From Nemertoderma westbladi (Eukaryota; Animalia; Xenacoelomorpha): a DNA stretch of 64,000 bases. Numbering within the stretch: the first letter of the stretch is position 1; each line of letters starts with the position of its first letter. A program made the position numbers and the translations under genes. The DNA is taken from assembly GCA_032718475.1 (NCBI GenBank), contig JAUCBJ010006637.1, positions 62,001 to 126,000 on the forward strand. Direction: 5' to 3'. This document shows, piece by piece, positions 1-10,882 of this stretch. The notes under the pieces are model-generated. The model worked only from the letters and a program-made list of their open reading frames with translations. It was not told where the DNA came from and did no database searches.

Positions 1-44
1 ACGCAAAAGCCTTTACAAGCAGAGTAGCTTAACCTATTAAATAA

Positions 45-880
45 TAGGGTTTTCAGGTCGCTGATCATGATAAAACTTGTTAAAAACATTTTTTGGAAAA
101 GCAACCATCATTTTTTGTGCTATTTTGGTCCCCCAGTATGAAAAGTACAAGTAAAAAAATGTCAACATAAAAAATTTGTGTTTGGTTTGATAATTCTGAA
201 CGTATGTGTTTTCGAGGTCGCTGATTACGATGAAACTAGTTATAAATATTTCTGGTAATGCAAACCCAATTTTGGTGCTATTCTAGTGCCCCAGAACGAA
301 AATTACAAGTAGCACAAACTTATAAACTGTCAAATTATGCCTATGATTTGGTAATTCTGAAGCTATACTGGTTTTCAAGGTAGCTGATCACGATATAACA
401 CGTTACAAATCATTCGTGGTAATGCAACTGTCAATTTTGGTGCTTTTCTGTTGGGACGAAAATTACAAGTAGCAAACATTTCAAATTGCAAAAAGCGAAT
501 TTGGTTGGATAATACGATATTTTTGAGTGTCATATTCGTGATCAGTGTCCCAAAAAACCCATAATGTCTAAAATTCAGGTTGATTTGGTAATGATTTTTG
601 GTTATCCAACTTTTGCTACTTGTATTTTTCGTGCCGCACATTCACACATATCGAAAAAATTGTTTTAATTCGTGATCAGCATTCCAAAAAAACCATATGT
701 TCATAAAATCAATTTAATTTTGTGGTGATTTTTCATTATCATATTTACACTACGATTTTTTTTCGTGCCCCAAAGGGCACATTCAAAATTACCAAAAATT
801 TTCTAGAATGTTATATTTGAGTTCAATATTTGTGATCAGTGTCCAAAAAAACCGCTATATATAGCGCAAAAAATTAATTT
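45..880. repeat. Degenerate ~160-bp repeat cluster with inverted second half (foldback/TIR-element remnant)
   Basis: Core GTTTTC(G/A)AGGT(C/A)GCTGAT(C/T)A(C/T)GA recurs at ~50, ~208 and ~371; the reverse-complement core (T)CGTGATCAG..CC.AAAAAACC occurs at ~537, ~670 and ~830. Confidence 0.6.
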
Positions 881-967
881 TAGTGAATTATAAAAACATT
901 TGAAAATTTTAGCACGAAAAATACCTGAGATGGATGCCAGAAAGGGGCCACATCAAAAAATTAACAT

Positions 968-1146
968 TGGTTGCGAGAAAAGGGACCTGCGTTTTTAATT
1001 TTTTGTATAAACTCTCATAACTTTTTAACGAAAAACGATATGAAAAAACTAGTTCGATATTCGGAAAGCGCAGAATATTCTGCATCTAATAGGCCTAAAA
1101 ACGCAAAATCGACCATGTGGTCCCCAGGTCCCTTTTCTCGCAACCA
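968..1146. mobile_element. Small MITE-like element with perfect 22-bp inverted repeat
   Basis: TGGTTGCGAGAAAAGGGACCTG (968-989) and its exact reverse complement CAGGTCCCTTTTCTCGCAACCA (1125-1146). Confidence 0.6.
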
Positions 1147-1204
1147 GCCACAAATACTGTACTTTTATCTTTGGAACAAAGAACGGGGACCCTCTCGGAA
1201 ACAA

Positions 1205-1280
1205 AGATACTGTAGGGGGGAAACTGGACGCAATAAAAATGAATCCCTCTCCAGGGGAAATTCGATGGAAATAACAGATG
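1205..1280. repeat. Dispersed repeat (probable transposon terminus); inverted copy at ~51385-51457
   Basis: GGGGGAAACTGGACG.AATAAAAAT.AATCCCTCTCCAGGGG.AATTCGA matches the reverse complement of TCGAATTCCCCCTGGAGAGGGATGAATTTTTATCACGTCCAGTTTCCCCC near 51.4 kb. Confidence 0.6.
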
Positions 1281-1616
1281 ATTACTCTCAAAAATAAATA
1301 ATAATACCGTTTTATAGCGCCAAATTAAATATTGCAAATCTACAATAGCTTTTGTCATGTATGTTTGTGTTATTTAATTGTGTTATTTAATTGTGTTATT
1401 TAATTGTTCATTTTAATGTTATACTTTGAGCACAATTAAACAAATACAGTACCAATACAGGTTGTGCAGCGGTCAGGCAGTGCTGCAGTCAGACAGTGCA
1501 GGCCTATATTCTGATATTACAGTATTACTTCAACCAAAATCAAAACACTTGTAAAGAAAATACAGGAATATCACTAGGCCAAAGCCTGAAAGCAGTAAAG
1601 GCAAAAGGCTACAGGA

Positions 1617-3022
1617 CTGCGCTCGTCCTTTAGTACCGGTACCGTACTGGTCTGGTCACCAATGTTATTAATAATTAATAATTACGAATTTGGAATGTGT
1701 ACTAAATTTCATGCAAGTCCTTTCAGCCTTTGGTGTTTGGTAAACAAAACAATGCTGCAATGTCTATAACAGTAATAAAGCAATACCAAACCAATTAGCC
1801 AATGGCAGAATTGAGTTCACTACAGCACTAGCGAATTCAGATGAAGGCAAGGACTACTATACTACAGGACTGACTCACTATGGCTACTACTAGGATCGGC
1901 ATGCTGCATTGCAGCTGCATTTTTAAGAATGCTGTGCCGGCTTATCGACAAAATTGCACCGCCACAACTCCCTATCACCCATGACATTTGCTAGATCATC
2001 CGCATCTTCAAGGCCAGTGCCCTTTTAAGATGCGTCCCAAGAAAGTCATGGGCTGTCCACCATGCTTATTCACTCCATGAGGTTGCCAAAGTACAAGATT
2101 ATGCACTGGCTGGTCCTCACGGCGAAAGCAATGTCCTGCAAAGCGGAGGCGATTTTGTTCTAGTGTCAAGCTTGGGGGAACCAATGAGAAACCTCCAATG
2201 TTATATAGTGTCTGGTTGGAGATGTGTGCATTGTACTTGACACAATGAACCCGGCGTAGCATTCTTGTGAATGTGCCATCCAGAGATTTGGTGTCCTCAG
2301 CAGTTAGAGCCCAGCATGGACTCCCATAGAGGAGTACTGGAACTACTGCTGCTCTAAATAATCGGACCTTAAGTTTCCGATTAATTCTCGGTGACTTCCA
2401 AATCCTGGAAAGCCTATTCAAGGCTGCCCATGCCTTTCCCTTACGTATTCGAAGGTCCTCACCTGACTTCCGGATCCATGATCCCAAGTAACAGAAGTCA
2501 TCCACATGCTCAAGCATACCATTTTTTGAGCTTATGCTCATCCGATCAGAGACTTGCTGAGGACTTTCAAAGTTAACTGTCAAAATTTTGGTCTTTCTGG
2601 AGTTAATAAAAAGAGCAACACTAGAAGCAGCAGCATGTTCTAATGAGCTGAGGAGCCGGGCTCCCTCTAGTGATTCTGAGAGTAGAGGCCCTACTCCTAA
2701 GTTATCAGCAAAGTCTAGATCAGTTAGGTACTTGGCAGGATTTCCTCGACTTCTGGAGCCAGTAGGTGGAGTTATCATCACCCCATCATCATTATATGAT
2801 GATCTAAGCGTAGAACATAGTCAACAACAATTATGAACATTAACTCACTGGCACATCCCTTCATCCTGTCATCCGACATCGCTAGCGAAGTCCATTGGTT
2901 TATTGGTATTGCTTTATACTGTTATAGACATTGTTATCAAAGGATTTTCATGAAATTTAGTACACAATCGTAATTATTAATAACAATATATTTTGGTGTC
3001 AAGAAATAAAGGACGAGCGCAG
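1617..3022. mobile_element. Palindromic (foldback/MITE) element whose two arms flank a LINE fragment
   Basis: Left arm 1617-~1850 is the reverse complement of right arm ~2858-3022: CTGCGCTCGTCCTTTA / TAAAGGACGAGCGCAG; GTGTACTAAATTTCATG / CATGAAATTTAGTACAC; CAATGTCTATAACAGTA / TACTGTTATAGACATTG. Confidence 0.7.
1884..2839 (-). mobile_element. 5'-truncated RTE-like LINE (RT C-terminal half plus 3' tail)
   Basis: ORF 2008-2781 has LTDLDFAD, INSRKTK, VDDFCYLGS, LYGS..W and RLRFAGH; near-identical to 38310-39290 in reverse; ends ATGCAGCTGCAATGCAGCATGCCGATC(TAG)n. Confidence 0.93.
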
Positions 3023-3590
3023 CGAGGCTTGTAACAAAGGGGACGAGTGTTGTGTACTAACTATTCAATATACCCTAGTCTAGAACGACCGTGTTTAGTA
3101 CATTGTGCGACATAAAAACGATGTGAAAAGTATCCCTATTCTGCTATTGGTAGAGTAATGTTGTGACACAGATGATTTGGGATTCAACTAGCGGTATATT
3201 GCAGTATTGCCTCACCACCCCACAGCCCACTATATACATGGACCTCCCTCTCTCTATAGCCCACAGGCCTATTCTTTATCTCTGGTCATTTTACTATTCT
3301 AACAGTTCTCAAGCCAGGTTCCAGGGATGAAGGGGTACCGGTAGGCTACGCCCTGATGCCAGTCCAGTCTGCCTGTTGTGCAGTAGTGTGTGTGTTACAT
3401 ACAGATACAAGGCCTACTAGATACCTAGGTACTACTAGCTGACTAGGCCTTGGTAGTAAGGCAGTAGGCCCCAGGCCCACACTTGCTCTAGGCCTAGGCC
3501 AGTGGCCAGTAGGCTATTCTAGGAATAGACTAGCTATTCTAGTTTATTACCGGTCAGCCGGTAGTTTATTTGCTGAAGTTTTGATTCACA

Positions 3591-5300
3591 ATGCAAAGAA
3601 CTAGTGAGTTGGCCAGCTCACTGGTAATCACTAAATCTATGTTCGCGAACATCTGTTCGGAAAATGATATCTTTGTGCGGTCATTTCTCGAAGAATACCT
3701 CGACGCAAACTCCAGCTTTCTGGACGAGTACGTAGTTAAGAAATGTACGCCAGTTCATATTGCAGGGTGGATGAAACGTTCGCTTTCCTCTGTATCTAAC
3801 AATCCCTCGACCACCACAATGGCATTGCCTCTCTATCCGGTGCAATCTCCCCCCACAGTCGATGTACCAGCTCCAAGTTACCCAGAGACCTATCCGGTGC
3901 AACCTCCCCCCACAGTCGATGTACCAGCTCCAAGTTACCCAGAGACCTATCCGGTGCAATCTCCCGCCACAGTCGATGTACCAGCTCCAAGTTACCCAGA
4001 GACCTATCCGGTGCAATCTCCCCTCACAGTCGATGTACCAGCTCCAAGTTACGCAGAGACCTATCCGGCGCAATCTCCCGCCACAGTCGATGCACCAGCT
4101 CCAAGTTACCCAGAGACCTATCCGGCGCAATCTCCCCTCACAGTCGATGTACCAGCTCCAAGTTACGCAGAGACCTATCCGGCGCAATCTCCCGCCACAG
4201 TCGATGCACCAGCTCCAAGTTACCCAGAGACCTATCCGGCGCAATCTCCCCTCACAGTCGATGTACCAGCTGAAAGTTACCCAGAGACCTATCCGGCGCA
4301 ATCTCCCGCCACAGTCGATGCACCAGCTCCAAGTTACCCAGAGACCTATCCGGTGCAATCTCCCGCCACAGTCGATGCACCAGCTCCAAGTTACCCAGAG
4401 ACCTATCCGGTGCAATCTCCCGCCACAGTCGATGCACCAGCTCCAAGTTACCCAGAGACCTATCCGGCGCAATCTCCACTCACAGTCGATGTACCAGCTC
4501 CAAGTTACCCAGAGACCAGTCTGAAGCAAGGACCAAAGACCAGTCTGAAGAAAAGACCAAAGACCTCTCTGAAGAAAAGACCAAAGACCAGTCTGAAGCA
4601 AAGACTCAAGATCCGGCGGAAGCAAAGACCAGAGACCAGTCTGAAGCAAAGATCGAACAGTCTGAAACAAAGACCAAAGACCAGTTTGAAGCAAAGACCA
4701 GTGAGAAAATGTGTGAAAAACCCTTCTAGGTACCCGTTTCGGGTTCGGCCTACACCTGTGACGCGATTCCGAATCCTGAGTTATCATCCGAAACACCAAA
4801 ACATGAAGCGCCTCCAATCCGTTCCCAAACCATCATTCATGCTGCCTGTGGTGAGATTGCATCGTCTCAATTTCCAACAGAATGCTACGTCTTACCTTAC
4901 ACAACTCAACCCATCATATAGGCCTACTTCAGAAATCGGACTGAATGAGATAGAAGAGGGTGAAGTGGAGTTTAAACATAACACAGGTGTGGCTGATAGA
5001 GGTATCAATGGGGTGGTAGAGGCTGTAGACTCTAGCCACACAGCCCCAAGTCTCCTACCTGACACCATACTAGACACCCCTCCCCTCTATCACCCGCAAC
5101 AACCGGAAGTACCGTCAGGAATAATTCCTGCCTCCAGACCGGAACCTCTTGGGGACAACCCAATTAATTTATGGGAGGATGATACGCTACACGGAAGACC
5201 GTTAGATTCTGCGACACCTGTAACACAAGAATCCCAGTCCCTCTTATCTGACCTGAATAGGCCAGAACTGGCAATGGATTTAATCAATGAAACCCCCTAA
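3591..5300 (+). CDS. Orphan 569-aa single-exon ORF: PDE5/10/11-like N-terminal helical segment, 19-aa Pro/Tyr repeats, 8-aa basic repeats, acidic tail
   Basis: ATG-initiated ORF open for ~80 codons before and ~200 codons after the repeats; FLEEYLDANSSFLDEYVVKKCTPVHIAGWMKR resembles the GAF-PDE N-terminal motif; no GAF or catalytic domain visible. Confidence 0.55.
   Translation: MQRTSELASSLVITKSMFANICSENDIFVRSFLEEYLDANSSFLDEYVVKKCTPVHIAGWMKRSLSSVSNNPSTTTMALPLYPVQSPPTVDVPAPSYPETYPVQPPPTVDVPAPSYPETYPVQSPATVDVPAPSYPETYPVQSPLTVDVPAPSYAETYPAQSPATVDAPAPSYPETYPAQSPLTVDVPAPSYAETYPAQSPATVDAPAPSYPETYPAQSPLTVDVPAESYPETYPAQSPATVDAPAPSYPETYPVQSPATVDAPAPSYPETYPVQSPATVDAPAPSYPETYPAQSPLTVDVPAPSYPETSLKQGPKTSLKKRPKTSLKKRPKTSLKQRLKIRRKQRPETSLKQRSNSLKQRPKTSLKQRPVRKCVKNPSRYPFRVRPTPVTRFRILSYHPKHQNMKRLQSVPKPSFMLPVVRLHRLNFQQNATSYLTQLNPSYRPTSEIGLNEIEEGEVEFKHNTGVADRGINGVVEAVDSSHTAPSLLPDTILDTPPLYHPQQPEVPSGIIPASRPEPLGDNPINLWEDDTLHGRPLDSATPVTQESQSLLSDLNRPELAMDLINETP
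3833..4518 (+). repeat. 57-bp coding minisatellite, ~12 copies (YPVQSPATVDVPAPSYPET)
   Basis: GATGTACC at 3861 and 3918 gives period 57; followed by a degenerate 24-bp repeat (PKTSLKQR) to ~4700. Confidence 0.95.
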
Positions 5301-5426
5301 CCAACCCATCATATACGGGACATTCTGGAGACTTGCAGTTTGTCTTCAACACATTCCGGATTGTGGGTACCGGTGCTGATCACAAACTAAATAATTTTGT
5401 GAACACGACAGTATGGCACTGCCCTG

Positions 5427-6849
5427 TAGTCCGGCAGCAAATAGCACAAATTTTGGTGAACCGTGTTTTTTATACCCATAAAATGTTTTATCGGTTTTGT
5501 ACTCATTAGACCCTGCTGAACAATATTTAGGAGGGTGTCGCCCCTACAACCATGAGCATTTCTCATAAATCGTGTTACCATGGTTACCGGGGTGCTTATC
5601 TGCAGCTGCCATGTTTTAAACACACAATGGTTACAGGATTTACCCCAAACCTGACTAAACCAATGATTGTGAATTCGATGAGCTTATTTTCAAACCACTG
5701 TTACCCTGGTAACCGTTGCTAGGGGCAGTAATCTACGGTTCACGCCATAGCAAAAACCAACTTAACCATTATGCGACCTCAGTATCAACATATTCCCTTA
5801 GTATATCGCATACTGAACTTGTATTCGACAATTCGAGTCACAGTTATTATGACAACCGTTGCTACGGTAACTACTGAAGTATATCATAGCAACCAGCTAC
5901 CAAAGCATTCTATGACTATATGATTGTACTGTTTCAACATACCCCCGCTGTATCGTACATAGTTCATAATGGGTTTATTGAACTTGGTTTCTAGCCACAG
6001 TTACCATGACAACTGTTGCTATGTAGACTAGACAATGATTCTAAATATGATTTCAAAGGTCGTTGATATTCACAGGAACTATTGTAGAGGAATTACCTTT
6101 AGGTAAGTATTTTAGTTCACAATTTTTATTAATAATAAATTGATATATCAATTATCAAAGATCATAAGATCCGCAAGTACCAGGAACTCATGGGTCGGGG
6201 CTACCTCTTCCATCCGGCAGCCTACGAGACCTTGGGCCGCCCCGTCCCTGAAACATCCGAGTTCCTGAAAGGAGATCGGGGCAAGACTCCACTCTGTGCG
6301 AAATCTATATCTTTTAATGACTGGTCGGGGTGTAATAGTAACTCAGTGACGTTACAGTGGAATATATATATCTTGATAGTCGTAGTCATATAATGCTTAT
6401 ATCGCTGGTTGGTAGGGGGCCTATGGAGATCCTATTGGACTTAACAACGATGATAACCCTGACTCGAAACCAAGTTGAATAACCTTGATATACTGTGGGT
6501 AGAGTCACTGTAGTTTTCTAATGCTTAAATTTGTGTTAAATATGGCGTTTCCCGAAGATTACTGCCACTAACAACGGTTACCATGGCAACAGTGCTTCGG
6601 GACTGGGTTCATTAGCATTGGCAATCATCGATAGAGACCAATTTGATGTAAAATGGTCTAGATATTGAGTGTTTATAATAGCGGTTGCTAGGGTCTCAGT
6701 CGCTGTTGACATGGCTCGTGATCGTCTTGCTCAAGGCTGAGAGAGCGACACCCTCCCTAATATCGACTAGTATGGTATTGTGGTCATGAAACTGATGAGA
6801 CTTTTTATGGGTATAAAATTGCACGGTTCATCACTTTGCTGCCGGACTA
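5427..6849. mobile_element. Non-autonomous TIR DNA transposon, TAG...CTA termini, 3-bp TSD CTG (Academ-like or Harbinger-like)
   Basis: TAGTCCGGCAGCAAA at 5427 and TTTGCTGCCGGACTA ending 6849; imperfect TIR continues >100 bp (TATACCCATAAAA / TTTTATGGGTATA; GGAGGGTGTCGC / GCGACACCCTCC); CTG at 5424-5426 and 6850-6852. Confidence 0.8.
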
Positions 6850-8537
6850 CTGCGGAGATATATGTTTTGCCACGACGGAGTAGAATTGATATTTTCCATC
6901 CAGATCATGTATTTATTTCATTTGTGATTAGTGTGAGTTTGGTCCACAAATTGTAAATATGGAATGTTTTCTCAAAAGGATGATTGATAATGAAGCCACC
7001 TAAATTCCATGGTACACATAGCAAATTTGTGAGAATTGTTATGTATTTTTATTGTGTTTTATCGAATTTTATTGGATTGGCACTAGAACATGTAAATAAT
7101 CTGATATTGCCCACGTCTACTAAACAATTTTTGTGTTCTAGAACATTATTATTTATAGTAGCTAGTGTTTTTATGAAGCTAGTAATAGTACGTTACGTAC
7201 CGATATTTAAAATGCTTAAAACTCATTTTATTCTTAAATTGTTACTTTTTCGCTCGAATATACCCCAAAATCGGGAAAAAATATGTACTTTTTCTTTAGG
7301 GAAAAATAGTAGTAACCCATAGGATTGTAATGATTTTAAATTTTTTCCAAACGAAAAAAGTAAACTAAAATATTTTTTATATAATTTCTTAAATTTTATT
7401 ACATGTGTTGAAAGAGCATCGAAGTAGAAAAGGTTTGCAAGTAATTTGAGCAAAATCCATTTAAACACTGAAAAGTTATTGCAACTTTAGTGTCTGCAAG
7501 CCTTCCCTGGTTACTCCAAAACGGAACTCAATATCCAATATTGGTTTATGTAGTTAAGCGGCTCTCTAGTTACGTAATTAATTCAATTTATTTTGTAACA
7601 CTATATCGCTCTATATTTTATTAATGAATTGAGCAACAAAAAAGTACCAATTTAAAGAAAAACGTTACGTATTACATGGGAAAAATACCTCACTAACGCT
7701 CGGTAAATAAAATGCCTCGAGAATAGTAAAAAAAGGTTCTATTTTTTTTCCCAAGTAATAAATAATTAATTTTTTAATGTTGCGTATGTAAGGTGTTCCT
7801 CTATTGTTGCTGGGTTAACATTATCCAAGAATAATAGCTAATACATATTGTCACGAATACTAAAAAATATTAGATTATACGAATTCGAATTGTTACGAAA
7901 ATGGATATTGCACCACAATGCAATAGTCGGTTTGTCCATCTTTCTGTCAGTTTGTCTGTCAAAAACTAATAAAGCATACCATCAACATTAAATTTTAGCT
8001 ATTGGGGTTTTCTTGGTCGATGATTTCATTTCCGATGGCAGTTTTTACCTTTATTTACGTTCAACGAAATGCTGTGAATGGAATAACACAGGGTAACATT
8101 TAAAAGCGTGGATCACCTGTATGATCCATAGCGCATTAGCGTACCATTGCTTATGGATCATGTGTGATCCATAGTACAGTACCTAAGGGGTTAAGCCGGG
8201 ATTTTCGATTTTGCCTTGAATTTTATTTTATAAGCTTTTTAAAAGTGTCTTTTGCGAAATTGTACATTTCCTATCGTCGCCAATCTTCACATTAGTGAAG
8301 ATTCATTCTTTCATATCATTAGAAAGCTTGCCAAATATGTAACAATATCTGAATTTCGTTGAGAAACAGCTGAGAAATAGGCGTTCAAAGATTGCAAGAA
8401 TTATTGTTCCCGTTCACTGTAGGCTATTTATTCTATTTAATAAATACATAATGTTCTGAAACATTTTGTTTATGTTTATTTTGCTTATGAAAATAGACTC
8501 AAACAACTTTAAAAAGTTAATTAATTACTCTAACAAC

Positions 8538-8662
8538 ATTAAGGACATGGTGGGCGGTTGGGGACTCGCCCTCGCTTCAGCAGATGATAGTGGCAATGGT
8601 GGAATTAGCATTGGATAAAATAAATCAAATCTCTAAACTCTAACCGCATCATCCATTGCCAC
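8538..8662 (+). mobile_element. Internal endonuclease-region fragment of the RTE-like LINE
   Basis: ATTAAGGACATGG.GGGCGGTTGG.GACTCGCCCTCGC.TCAGCAGATGATAGTGGCAATGG matches ~37703-37765. Confidence 0.8.
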
Positions 8663-9470
8663 CTCTCATGTTCTGGAAGACTGGCTAACAAGTTTCCTAA
8701 GGTTGTTCTGATTGTGTGCTACTCTCCAACTAGTGTTGCCCCTGTAGAGGAGGTGGAAAATTTTGAAGGGAGGTGGAGGCAGTTTTCCGAAACTGCCTGA
8801 TTTTTCCAAATTTGCTAATTTTGAATTAGATAATGAAACCATCGAAAACTCGAAAAACATTTTCAGAGTCGCCAACCCCATTGCGATATTCACTAACACC
8901 AGAGCCCAATGCAGTTTAGTGAGGAGAAGGGGGACTTGACATACCTCGGACCTCGTCGGTGTCTTCAGACACCATCAATTCAATATCCTTGTAAGTCTCA
9001 AGTACTCGTCTATATTAATCTCTTTGCTTCACTCGAGGAAAAATCAATGTTTTCCATAAAGTACAACTTTATTCGGCGTGATAGATTGACCTCGGATAGA
9101 AACTTTTTGAGTAGAATTGATAATTATATTTTATATTATAATAAAATATACGAACATATTAACACCATCAACAGATAAATTAAACTAAAAGAAACATACC
9201 AAGTAAATTAAGAATGATTAAATTCTTTAAAATTGATTACAAAATCTCAAACCGGTAATAAGAAATAAAAATCACTTTCCACAATTCCAAGATCCACAAT
9301 TATTATAAAATAGCCCTTCACAATATAAATCGGACAAATTATTAATTAGAACTGCTAATAATTGATAAATAATTTATTTACTATGTGTAAATTACAATAA
9401 CTGCAAGATCTCTACTAATTCTCGGAATTTAATAACATTGACAAGAGAACTACTAGAACAACCCATCCCT

Positions 9471-10310
9471 CTATCCACTACAGACCGCGGCCTTCGCAGT
9501 AGCTCTGTTACCGTCCACTACCTCGCCCCAATCTCTCGCAGCTAACTTCGGCAACGCCGCCAATAACACCCGCTTCGCTACGTGAGCGTTAGTCTTCAAC
9601 GCGCGGAGAACTTCATCAACCGTAACGTTATGCTCCGATTCGCGCCAACTGTCGTAGTCAGTTGGCAAGGCTAACGCGGCGTACGATAAACCAGCCTCCC
9701 TCGCGAGACAGGCCTCCGGGACCGTGGTCATATTAACCACATCGGCGCCCCACGAAGCGAACAACTGGCTCTCTGCTCGCGTCGAGAACCGAGGTCCTTC
9801 TATAGTGACAGCTGTCCCTCGAGAATGAAACTTAATCCCGAGTTCCTTCATGGTTTCTATTAGAACGTTCCGCGTCTCCCGACAGAACGGTTCCCCCATC
9901 GGGACGTGTGCGACTCCGTGGAAATCGCTGTCAACCCGAGTTATTCCGTCGTAGAAAGTCGTTGCTCGGAGCCGCGTTCGGTCGATAAACTGGTCGATAA
10001 CTACGATTTCGCCGGGGGCGATTCCCTCTCGTAAAGAACCGCAGGCGGTTGTTACTAAGACGTGGGTGCAGCCGTGGGCCCGTAGCGCCCAGATGTTGGC
10101 GCGGTAGTTGAGAGTCGACGGGCTCACAGAGTGGTCGGCTCCGTGTCGGGAGAGTAGCACTACGTCTACTCCGGATATGGTGCCGATAAGGAGGGGGGAA
10201 GACGGGGGTCCGTACGGGGTCGATACGTTCAGCTTACGGAGGTCCGAGATGAATTCTACGTCCTCCAAACCTGTTCCACCGATAATACCAACGGTAATTT
10301 TCGACATCAT
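9471..10310 (-). CDS. MTAP: S-methyl-5'-thioadenosine phosphorylase, intronless
   Basis: Full-length 279-aa ORF with VGIIGGTG, TPYG.PS, LSRHG, NYRANIWAL, TTACGSLRE, DQFIDRT, TIEGPRFSTRAES, VNMTTVPE and TDYDSW motifs. Confidence 0.96.
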   Translation of the reverse strand: MMSKITVGIIGGTGLEDVEFISDLRKLNVSTPYGPPSSPLLIGTISGVDVVLLSRHGADHSVSPSTLNYRANIWALRAHGCTHVLVTTACGSLREGIAPGEIVVIDQFIDRTRLRATTFYDGITRVDSDFHGVAHVPMGEPFCRETRNVLIETMKELGIKFHSRGTAVTIEGPRFSTRAESQLFASWGADVVNMTTVPEACLAREAGLSYAALALPTDYDSWRESEHNVTVDEVLRALKTNAHVAKRVLLAALPKLAARDWGEVVDGNRATAKAAVCSG

Positions 10311-10882
10311 TAAATAATTACTTGAAATTATCTTGAATAATTTTATCTCTAATACCGGTAGCGCTACAGACAGATCTTAACACTTACCAGCTTACCGCTA
10401 CCAACAGTAATATTATTATTATTAATGGTATTTAAGCCATTATTGCCATTGTTATCAATTATTATTTTGGATAATATATTAACTTTTTATTATTTCTCGG
10501 ACAACTAAAAAGGAAGAGGGAGCTATTGGTTTAAGTATGTCAGCAGTGTATCTTATTATCTATCCATTCCCCATTCCAGTGTATATTAGCCAGCCTATCG
10601 CCGCTAAAGCCAGACATCAATATTTCTCTATCCTTGTAAGGTCGTAGTTGTGTCAAACTTTAGCTGATAATTTTTTTTATCAGTTTCGAAGAAACTGATG
10701 TTTCGTAGATTTTGCTCTATTGCTAAGTATTATAAATGTCTAGGAATTCGTGGTATTTATATTATGCTCTTATTATTGACACATCCTTATATGAATAGCA
10801 ATACAATAATTTATTCTTTAACTGACTTATTTTGCAAAATATAATTTTAATACTTTATTTTAAAATATACTTCGGCTCGGCC
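10311..10882. promoter_or_regulatory. Putative bidirectional promoter between MTAP and the CTHRC1-like gene
   Basis: Two start codons diverge ~570 bp apart; inferred from arrangement only, no TSS data. Confidence 0.45.

Noticed and set aside
3681-4817. 378-aa antisense ORF
   Set aside because: Shadow of the 57-bp repeat in the + strand ORF.
8095-8194. piggyBac-like end (TTAA CCCCTTAGG on minus strand)
   Set aside because: No partner terminus found in the window.
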